Shown: positions 1-6,361 of the stretch, one piece after another
Numbering within the stretch: position 1 is the stretch's first letter
Layout: each line of letters opens with the position of its first letter
Origin: a virus
Taxonomy: Duplodnaviria > Caudoviricetes
Direction: 5' to 3' (one strand)
Virus record (IMG/VR): IMGVR_UViG_3300034127_000007
Span: 1-43,247 of that record
DNA: 43,247 nt
Made by a program: the position numbers and the translations under genes
Notes under the pieces: generated by a model
The model's input: only the letters and a program-made list of their open reading frames with translations
Told to the model about the DNA's origin: nothing
The model's database searches: none

Positions 1-93
1 TCCGACCCCGATCACGCGTGTCTTCCCCCGTGCCCCTATCCTGTGGCTGGTCCTCGCCTCCTTTGCCGGGAGATTGTCGCTTCCATGGTGAGG

Positions 94-122
94 ATTCTAC
101 AGAGGTGTATCGAGCCTGTCAA
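94..122 (-). promoter_or_regulatory. Leftward sigma70 promoter in terminal repeat (T7 A0-like orientation)
   Basis: Minus strand reads TTGACA-17 nt-TAGAAT, the same hexamers as the three rightward early promoters; both hexamers are conserved in the right repeat copy although the spacer differs. Confidence 0.7.
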
Positions 123-430
123 CCACTTTGTTCATACCATCTGTCGTTCACTGAGAGATTCCACCTTGCGGTGGTGCATCCTCTCGGCTCTACCTCATGA
201 CGGTGAGGATCATGGCGCGTGCGTGCTGGCATACCTTTTTTGCACATTGACTGATACACGAGAGATTACCTATCTGTTTCCTATCAACCATCCTATCTAT
301 TCCTATCAGTCTGTATCCCACTCCCTTACGTACGTGGAGAGCAGGGCTCCGGTTCCGCCCTCTCCTACGGATTCACCATACTGTTCGTTCGCGCTATCGT
401 TCTGCACTGCGTTTAGCTCTCTACCGCTCT

Positions 431-453
431 CTACCATTATATGTCGCAATAAG
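431..453 (-). promoter_or_regulatory. Leftward phage RNAP promoter
   Basis: Reverse complement CTTATTGCGACATATAATGGTAG matches the motif at 504, 21112, 21202, 21508 and 34346. Confidence 0.65.
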
Positions 454-472
454 AACTACGTAAGGATTGTGC

Positions 473-488
473 TGTTAACGTGCTAACT
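473..488. promoter_or_regulatory. Quasi-palindromic operator-like site 1 (TGTTAACGTGCTAACT)
   Basis: 13/16 match to the perfect palindrome at 8390; lies between the divergent phage promoters. Confidence 0.5.
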
Positions 489-503
489 GTAGGCTAGCGG
501 TTC

Positions 504-526
504 CTTAATGCGACATGTAATGGAGA
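504..526 (+). promoter_or_regulatory. Rightward phage RNAP promoter (phiOL-like position)
   Basis: CTTAATGCGACATGTAATGGAGA matches the phage promoter consensus. Confidence 0.7.
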
Positions 527-612
527 GAAGCGTGGAGAGAAGCTACAAGGTAGAACCAGCAGAGACGCTAGGTGACTGCAAGCTGTACCAAGCACAGGCA
601 GAGCTGCGTGCA

Positions 613-813
613 ATGAGCGAACCACCTGCTGTGTACAGTGATGTGCTAGGTGGTGTGAAGATGAACAAGGCAATGGCTACTGCTGTGCTGGGGACGTTGG
701 TAGCTGGTGATAGAGATTACTGGCACGGTAAGCACGACGACATGGCACAGTACAGTGCTGAGACTGTTGCACTCGCAGGCTGTCTAGGCGTTGACCTCGG
801 AGATTACGTATGA
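613..813 (+). CDS. Hypothetical early protein (start uncertain: 508/520/613/661)
   Basis: Part of ORF 508-813; the ATG at 508 lies inside the phage promoter, so a downstream start is preferred; stop overlaps the next ATG (ATGA). Confidence 0.45.
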   Translation: MSEPPAVYSDVLGGVKMNKAMATAVLGTLVAGDRDYWHGKHDDMAQYSAETVALAGCLGVDLGDYV

Positions 814-950
814 GGATCAAACCGTGGGTTAGAGAGCTGTACCGTAGTGTGCCTAAGAGCGTGATGGTAGACGGTTCACGTGGGCAGATGCCTAAGCCAA
901 ATCGAACACCACACAAGCCGTGGAGTATCCGCGACGAGTTGCAACGTTAG
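810..950 (+). CDS. Small basic hypothetical protein (46 aa, MRIKPWVRELY...)
   Basis: GGAG SD at 799-802, ATGA coupling to the upstream ORF, stop just before the promoter at 954; below the ORF-track cutoff. Confidence 0.5.
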   Translation: MRIKPWVRELYRSVPKSVMVDGSRGQMPKPNRTPHKPWSIRDELQR

Positions 951-953
951 GTG

Positions 954-981
954 TTGACAGGGTGGTGGCAGTCTGTAGAAT
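954..981 (+). promoter_or_regulatory. Early sigma70 promoter P1
   Basis: TTGACA-16 nt-TAGAAT, upstream of SD and ATG at 1028. Confidence 0.85.
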
Positions 982-1027
982 GGCAGCCATACCGGTGACT
1001 AACCACCGAACAACGGAGCAAGACAAG

Positions 1028-1228
1028 ATGAACGCCCAAGCCACTGCAAACGCACTGTTCAACCTTAAAGAAGAAATGAAAACCTGCAACGTCAACAAAT
1101 CCGGTTCGTACAACGGTAACGCTCGCGGCAAACGAGTTGACACTTGCGCACAGGCTTTGCAGGAGGCGGGTTGGACTCGCACCGAAGCTTACGAAATGGC
1201 CTACAAAGCAGCGCCAACTAAACCATAA
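1028..1228 (+). CDS. Hypothetical early protein (66 aa)
   Basis: GGAG SD at 1015-1018; first ORF after P1; internal ATG of ORF 920-1228. Confidence 0.75.
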   Translation: MNAQATANALFNLKEEMKTCNVNKSGSYNGNARGKRVDTCAQALQEAGWTRTEAYEMAYKAAPTKP

Positions 1229-1343
1229 CCCGCCCACCTCAAGCCCTTAACTGGGCTTCTTGTATAAAGGGTTGCGCTGCACTCGCACCTGTAGAGTGCA
1301 GCCACTACCAGCGACTTACCGCTGATCTTCTGGAGCTACAGAC

Positions 1344-2441
1344 ATGCAAGCCAAACTGACTACCTTCACCGTCTCCGATGTAATGACCAACGACGTAGTG
1401 ACTGTCTTGTTCAAGGGCCACACCTTCACGTTCAGCAAGGCGCCTGCCACTGACTGGGCGAACTACCAAGTAACCTTCCCTGACGGTACTAAGCAATCTG
1501 ACAACAGCCTGTCGTACCTCAAGCAACTGTGCCGCGAGTTCGTGCAATGCTACGACACCGACGAGCAAACCCGCATTGCAGTACAGAACCACCAGACCAA
1601 GGCGCCACAAGGCTGGGCAGTTGTTGACACCAGCACCGAGGATACACCAGCCGTAGCACCTACCCTAGTCGATGCGAACGCCACCGTGTACACCCTTGAG
1701 CTGGAACTGTCCAACGGGGAGACGGCGAGCAAGGAGTACAACGACTACCGCAAGGCTAAGGCAGCGTACGACTTGGCGGTGGAGCAGGTACAAACCGATC
1801 CGCGTAAGGGTTACGTACGTCGTATCGAACTGTTCAGCGAGGCAGTGGGTAGCATGGACAAGTGGGTGTACGAGGCGCCTGCACTCGCGCCTAAACGCGT
1901 ATTCATCATGACCGTGCGTATCAAGCCCGGCCACTATCGCCCGGTGCGTATCGAGGCGAGAGACGGCACAGAGGCAGGTACACAGGCACAGGCAGCGGTG
2001 GCGAAGTGCGGGCCGGGTGCGTGGGTAACCAACTGGGGAAGAGGTGGCGCAATGATCGACGAGGCACGCACTACAGGCTCCTCCCCTGCGTTTGCAGCGC
2101 CGTACGGTACTCGGATGGGCCGACGTAGCCTTACGCTGCTGGAGGCGCTGGCAGTGCAACAGGAGAGCTTACGGGTATTACGCAGTAACCCACGCGGCAT
2201 TGGCCACCAGCTTGTCGAGCTGGTGCTAGGTGACTTCGCAGAGCTGGAGCGGCGTGTGCTGCACCACGTCGTCAAGGGCCGGTGGTCTAGCCAGTACCCG
2301 AACCCGGCGAACTTACCGAAGGATGGTTATTACGGCAAGTCCGCTGACCTGCTGGCGTACGACGAGGTGGCCTCTGTTCCTTGGCCCTGTACTCGCAAGC
2401 CGCGTAAGCCTAAACCGTACTACCGCAAGGAGCGCTGGTGA
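1344..2441 (+). CDS. Hypothetical early protein (365 aa, apparently multidomain)
   Basis: GGAG SD, long ORF with phage-like codon usage; no recognised family. Confidence 0.8.
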   Translation: MQAKLTTFTVSDVMTNDVVTVLFKGHTFTFSKAPATDWANYQVTFPDGTKQSDNSLSYLKQLCREFVQCYDTDEQTRIAVQNHQTKAPQGWAVVDTSTEDTPAVAPTLVDANATVYTLELELSNGETASKEYNDYRKAKAAYDLAVEQVQTDPRKGYVRRIELFSEAVGSMDKWVYEAPALAPKRVFIMTVRIKPGHYRPVRIEARDGTEAGTQAQAAVAKCGPGAWVTNWGRGGAMIDEARTTGSSPAFAAPYGTRMGRRSLTLLEALAVQQESLRVLRSNPRGIGHQLVELVLGDFAELERRVLHHVVKGRWSSQYPNPANLPKDGYYGKSADLLAYDEVASVPWPCTRKPRKPKPYYRKERW

Positions 2442-2497
2442 TGACCAGCTAGAACGCGAGGCGACGAGCGGTACTGGCAAGACCTGAAACACCGACT

Positions 2498-2534
2498 AGG
2501 CTCCTAAGTACGCAAACCGCGTATCTAGGAGCCT
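2498..2534 (+). promoter_or_regulatory. Long intergenic hairpin (RNase III-like site) sequestering the SD of the next gene
   Basis: AGGCTCCTAAGTACGC-AAACC-GCGTATCTAGGAGCCT forms a ~16-bp stem with one mismatch; the 3' arm contains AGGAG. Confidence 0.55.
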
Positions 2535-2539
2535 TTGTC

Positions 2540-3112
2540 ATGACTACTACCGTGAAAGCCTCTACCAAGTCCCGTACCAGCCGCAAGCCTGCCACCCTTG
2601 CCGGTATCTTCACCGCCCTTGTGAAGTCTCACGACAGCACAGAGAGCATCGCTAGCGGTATCCTCGACACCATCCGCACCACCAAGACCACAGACCTGCA
2701 CCACTTCGACCTACTCGTCACCCAAGCGTACGCACAGAACGGGTGGTCGCAGCGTATGGGCCGCCCTGTGCCCGGTGATGTGGCTGCGCCTGCTGTCATC
2801 AAGGTGTACGTGAGCACCGTCCGCGCTGCCTTCCGTATGCACGTTGACCTGTCGAAGTGCAAGGACATGGCCGCAGTACGTCAGGCGGTGAAGGATGTAC
2901 GGAACGCCAAGCCAGCCGATAAGGTAGAGCCTGCACTTGCAGGTGTCACAGTGACGCAACCCGGCCACCTCACAGGCGCGCTGTTGCATGACCTGTACGC
3001 CGTCCGCCTCGCTCTGCCTGAGGATGCACAATTGGCGCTGGATGCGCAGTTACAGAAGCTCTTGAGTCAGTACGTTAAGAAGGCGCCGCCCGCTCTGCGT
3101 CTGGTGGCGTAA
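2540..3112 (+). CDS. Hypothetical early protein (190 aa)
   Basis: AGGAG SD, clean ORF with typical codon usage. Confidence 0.85.
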   Translation: MTTTVKASTKSRTSRKPATLAGIFTALVKSHDSTESIASGILDTIRTTKTTDLHHFDLLVTQAYAQNGWSQRMGRPVPGDVAAPAVIKVYVSTVRAAFRMHVDLSKCKDMAAVRQAVKDVRNAKPADKVEPALAGVTVTQPGHLTGALLHDLYAVRLALPEDAQLALDAQLQKLLSQYVKKAPPALRLVA

Positions 3113-3196
3113 GTGAGCGACCTAGTGTTGGCCGTGCTTATAGGAGTGGGTGCGGGGCTGATGATAAGTGCCTTTAATCTTTTGCTTATTTGGGTG

Positions 3197-3224
3197 TTGA
3201 CACCGTGTATCTAATCTGTAGAAT
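3197..3224 (+). promoter_or_regulatory. Early sigma70 promoter P2
   Basis: TTGACA-16 nt-TAGAAT with T-rich upstream sequence. Confidence 0.85.
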
Positions 3225-3346
3225 GGCCGACACAACGAAGCGACACAGCCTTACAGCGTGAAGCGGAGTTGCCCGGAGTGTAGTAGCTTCTGACTTGCGA
3301 TCCCAAGGGTGCCAAGAGTCATTAAGGAAGACGAAAAACAAAGGGG

Positions 3347-3374
3347 TTGACACACAGAAACAACGCTGTAGAAT
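3347..3374 (+). promoter_or_regulatory. Early sigma70 promoter P3
   Basis: TTGACA-16 nt-TAGAAT with an A-rich UP-like element (GAAAAACAAA). Confidence 0.85.
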
Positions 3375-3379
3375 GCGCA

Positions 3380-3745
3380 ACATTGAAACACGGATCGCCT
3401 GAACGGATGTCACGGGTAGGGCGGTTCGGTAGTAAGTTAGCTGCGGACTTAGGTGATTTTCCCTCCCGCTGCTGACCGTAACAAACGGTACTAGCCACCG
3501 ACGTGCAAGGCTGAGTAACAAACACGATGACAGGTAACGTGTGAATCCTGTCCGGCGCTGAGAACTAGCCGGGAAATAGTTCGAGCGGGTGCCTCCCCGT
3601 CCACGGTTAAGCAGTGGGTTTAGAGTGTCAGCAGGCCGAATCGAATCCGTAAGGACAAAGGCGTACGTGGTTGACTTAGGTGTCCACTCAGACGAGCGGG
3701 CAACCTAAAGGGTTCGGATCGAACCTTTTAGATTGCAACCTAACA
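3380..3745 (+). ncRNA. Putative large structured non-coding RNA / leader
   Basis: No + strand ORF of 60 aa or more. Many hairpins, a long-range helix CTGCTGAC(3469)/GTCAGCAG(3627), and a terminal 12-bp stem at 3705-3731; directly downstream of P3. Confidence 0.55.
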
Positions 3746-3758
3746 CGGAGACTGGCCG

Positions 3759-4049
3759 GTGGCTGTATTCGCAAAGCGCAAATCATCGCAGCAACAAGCG
3801 TTCGAAACTGAGGCGCAGCAATGGCAGGAATGGGAAGCGAAGCGCAACAAGCTGATAGCAGCGGGCGACGTAACCTCTAGGGCTGAGCTGCGTAAGATGC
3901 GTGATGTGTACTACGACACAGATGCAGAGGCCGGGCCGGGTGAGTACTTCAACCCGAGCGGACTACGCCGGGTTCGTGGGAGCGATGGTAAACACCGACG
4001 TATTATGAGCGGGCAGCGAGCCCGACAGATGCAAGGAGCTGGTTTGTAA
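3759..4049 (+). CDS. Hypothetical protein (96 aa)
   Basis: GGAG SD at 3747-3750, GTG start, TAATG coupling to the next ORF. Confidence 0.75.
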   Translation: MAVFAKRKSSQQQAFETEAQQWQEWEAKRNKLIAAGDVTSRAELRKMRDVYYDTDAEAGPGEYFNPSGLRRVRGSDGKHRRIMSGQRARQMQGAGL

Positions 4050-4312
4050 TGGCCCGTATCAACGAACTGTCTTTGACAGAGCGCAATAAGCGCAAGAACA
4101 AGAAGTACCCGAAGTACCTCAAAGGTAAGCCGGGCGCGGTAAGCTACATCGGCGGAGAGGGCGGCACCGACCGCGCTATCTCTAACGCCGAATCCCAACC
4201 GTTGCGTAAGGCACCGGTACGGGTAGAGCCACGGCCTAGCGTGGCAATCATCACACCTAAATCAGACGGCTACTTAGCCGCGAAAGCAATCTTGGAGCAA
4301 CGCCAACAATGA
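4049..4312 (+). CDS. Hypothetical basic protein (87 aa)
   Basis: AAGGAG SD; overlapping stop/start with both neighbours. Confidence 0.75.
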   Translation: MARINELSLTERNKRKNKKYPKYLKGKPGAVSYIGGEGGTDRAISNAESQPLRKAPVRVEPRPSVAIITPKSDGYLAAKAILEQRQQ

Positions 4313-4680
4313 GCCGTATCGTCAGTACTGAATTACCTGCGTTCTGCCTCCTGATGCTCGGCCTCAAGGATGGCCAAGCGGAACGCGCTGCACTCGCTGG
4401 TGCTGGTGTTCGCCATTACATCAAAGGCAACGCACTGCATCAGGATCGTGATAACGTGTACGTTATCGAAAAGGAGCAGTTGACCGAGGATGTCAAAGAC
4501 ATGCTGGCAACGCTCATGGTTCCGCTGGTCGTCCATGTGGACAGCAACCGCGCAACTGACACCGGGTTCAAGTCTGACGACTACAAGCCTTCCGGTACAA
4601 TGACCGGGCAGTGGGTTGCCGCTCCCAAGGACGCGTCGGTGGGGTTCCACATCAAGGGGCGCAACTTCTGTCTAGTATGA
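4309..4680 (+). CDS. Hypothetical protein (123 aa)
   Basis: GGAG SD, ATGA coupling. Confidence 0.8.
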   Translation: MSRIVSTELPAFCLLMLGLKDGQAERAALAGAGVRHYIKGNALHQDRDNVYVIEKEQLTEDVKDMLATLMVPLVVHVDSNRATDTGFKSDDYKPSGTMTGQWVAAPKDASVGFHIKGRNFCLV

Positions 4681-4751
4681 GCATCGGTCCGTCACACATC
4701 ATATTCGGCGTACTCGTAACGTACGCCATCGCTAAAGCACTGGGGTTCTAA
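4677..4751 (+). CDS. 24-aa hydrophobic membrane peptide (MSIGPSHIIFGVLVTYAIAKALGF)
   Basis: ATGA overlap with the upstream stop; fills the gap exactly; one hydrophobic segment. Confidence 0.5.
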   Translation: MSIGPSHIIFGVLVTYAIAKALGF

Positions 4752-4753
4752 CC

Positions 4754-4912
4754 ATGAAAGCAATCGTAATCGCTGTACTCGCTGTTCTTATGACTGGCTG
4801 CGTATACCAGCCCGTTCAAATCGACGTGTACGTACCAACTGCGGTAGAGCTGCACGACTCGAATGTCACCCTCGACGCCCACAAGGACGTCAACGGCACG
4901 GTGGCGCGATGA
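4754..4912 (+). CDS. 52-aa putative lipoprotein
   Basis: MKAIVIAVLAVLMTG-C: basic N-terminus, hydrophobic core and lipobox-like Cys16; ATGA coupling to the next ORF. Confidence 0.7.
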   Translation: MKAIVIAVLAVLMTGCVYQPVQIDVYVPTAVELHDSNVTLDAHKDVNGTVAR

Positions 4913-5034
4913 ACTGGCTTAGCCTGCTGTTTATCGCCACTGCTGGTAGTATCATCGGTAACCGCTTCGGCGTAGACCTCGGTATAGCTACCAGTCTCAG
5001 CCTGTACGCCTTGATGCCGTACGAGCTGCGCTAA
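4909..5034 (+). CDS. 41-aa hydrophobic peptide (MNWLSLLFIATAGSIIG...)
   Basis: ATGA overlap; two short hydrophobic stretches. Confidence 0.55.
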   Translation: MNWLSLLFIATAGSIIGNRFGVDLGIATSLSLYALMPYELR

Positions 5035-5047
5035 CTGCGCCTTCTAG

Positions 5048-5063
5048 TGTTAAGGAGTTAACA
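5048..5063. promoter_or_regulatory. Quasi-palindromic operator-like site 2 (TGTTAAGGAGTTAACA)
   Basis: 14/16 match to the 8390 palindrome; intergenic. Confidence 0.6.
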
Positions 5064-5179
5064 CCATTGAGCTAGGGTAAGCCCTCGGGGCCGTGTACAA
5101 CATCAGGATAGCAACACCGTGAACTTGGGATCATCTAGGCGCCTAATCCCACGCCATCAAACCAGATTGGAGTTACACC

Positions 5180-5653
5180 ATGTCCGAAGTACAAACCACC
5201 GCTACCGTAAAACTGTCCGCTACCGAGAAGCTGACCAACAAAATCGCTGCCCTGTTCAAGCTGGTGACCGACAAGACCGCCGAGTACCACGCCGCCGTCG
5301 CTGAACTGGAAGCCATCACCCGCGTTGCCAACGTCGGCGCCGGTGACACCGTCAAAGCTACCGTGGGCCGTGGCGAGAAAGCGCAACATCTGGAAGGCGT
5401 CGTGCTGGGTGTGGTCGAAGACGAGGCCAAGGGCAAGCTCGTCAAGATTCAAACCGGCTCGGGCTTCGACACCATGACGTTCGTGCTCAAGGCAGGCGAA
5501 ATCACCGAAGTAACGCCGAAGGCTGCTGAACCGTCTGCACTCGCTGTTGCTATGGGCACCGAAGCCGCAGGCGTGAGCGAAGCCCCGGCGGTCGATCAAG
5601 ACCAAGCCGACGTGGACGCGTACCTGTCGCAGCCACAAGTGGCAATCGCCTAA
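5180..5653 (+). CDS. Hypothetical protein (157 aa; coiled coil plus beta domain plus acidic tail)
   Basis: GGAG SD; strongly biased codon usage suggesting high expression. Confidence 0.85.
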   Translation: MSEVQTTATVKLSATEKLTNKIAALFKLVTDKTAEYHAAVAELEAITRVANVGAGDTVKATVGRGEKAQHLEGVVLGVVEDEAKGKLVKIQTGSGFDTMTFVLKAGEITEVTPKAAEPSALAVAMGTEAAGVSEAPAVDQDQADVDAYLSQPQVAIA

Positions 5654-5683
5654 CAAACCCACCTCGTACTAGGAGTTCTACCC

Positions 5684-6118
5684 ATGGTTAAACGCATTGG
5701 CCGCTTGTCCTCGTTCTTTGTCCTCGCTGTGGCCGCTCTCGGCACCGTGGCGGCGTTTGTTGGTGCACCGGAAGCCGAGGCCAAGGGGTTCAGTTCGTCG
5801 CGCTCCAGTAGCTCTATGAGCCGTTCCAGCTACCGCCCAGCGGCCCGCCCTGTGACCGTGAACAAGACGTACGTTAATCGTACGACTGTGGTGCATCAGG
5901 CTGCGCCGTCGGCTGGCGGTGGCGGGTTCATGTCCAGCGTGGCGGGCTCGTTCGCTGGTTCGTCTCTGGCGAACTGGTGGAGCAACAGCAACCGTGAAGA
6001 GGACGAGGCGAAAGCCAAGGCCGCTGAGCAAGAGAAGCAAGAAGCGTTGGACCGCCAGCGTATGGACCTCCTGTTGCAACAGCAGGCCGCGAAGCCTGCC
6101 GCTGAACTGGTGAAGTAA
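5684..6118 (+). CDS. Putative exported/membrane protein with Ser/Gly-rich segment
   Basis: AGGAG SD; N-terminal signal peptide ending A-E-A; Ser-rich tract, Gly-rich amphipathic segment, C-terminal coiled coil. Confidence 0.8.
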   Translation: MVKRIGRLSSFFVLAVAALGTVAAFVGAPEAEAKGFSSSRSSSSMSRSSYRPAARPVTVNKTYVNRTTVVHQAAPSAGGGGFMSSVAGSFAGSSLANWWSNSNREEDEAKAKAAEQEKQEALDRQRMDLLLQQQAAKPAAELVK

Positions 6119-6181
6119 GTCAAGTCGATGGGCTGCACTCGCGGCCCATCCGCTGGAACATCTAACCTAGGAGCTTTACCT

Positions 6182-6361
6182 ATGACACGTCGTACCGCAT
6201 CGAACATTAACGCCCTGCGCCTGCGTAGTGATTGGCTGATGGTGAGTAACCGCGACCGCCAGTACGTGCGGCATTTCTCGGCACCCACAGCGAACAAGCT
6301 GGACGGTGTTATTACCGTGTGCCCTGCTGGCGTAGCCTCGGTGCCGGAGTGGATGCAATGA
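6182..6361 (+). CDS. Hypothetical protein (59 aa)
   Basis: AGGAG SD before ATG 6182; ATGA coupling to the next ORF. Confidence 0.65.
   Translation: MTRRTASNINALRLRSDWLMVSNRDRQYVRHFSAPTANKLDGVITVCPAGVASVPEWMQ

Larger units (their letters stand above)
1..457. repeat. Left copy of terminal direct repeat (imperfect)
   Basis: 1-108 is identical to 42778-42885 and 331-457 is identical to 43121-43247; the middle is homologous but diverged. Length is similar to the ~400-470 bp repeats of phiKMV-like phages. Confidence 0.8.

Noticed and set aside
18-486. ORFs within the terminal repeats (and 42721-43206)
   Set aside because: Frames are not preserved between the two repeat copies; no SD; low-complexity products.
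3505-3580. Hammerhead ribozyme-like words (CTGAGTA, CGATGA, CTGAGAA...GAAA)
   Set aside because: None matches the CUGANGA core with correctly placed stems.
3666-3731. Pistol ribozyme resemblance (CGTGG...TTAGG...CCAC...CCTAA)
   Set aside because: P1 and a pseudoknot are possible, but P2 and the conserved junction residues are missing.
1276-6142. Recurrent GCTGCACTCGC / TGCACTCGC motif
   Set aside because: Most copies are Ala-Leu-Ala codons inside genes; the two intergenic copies sit in different structural contexts.
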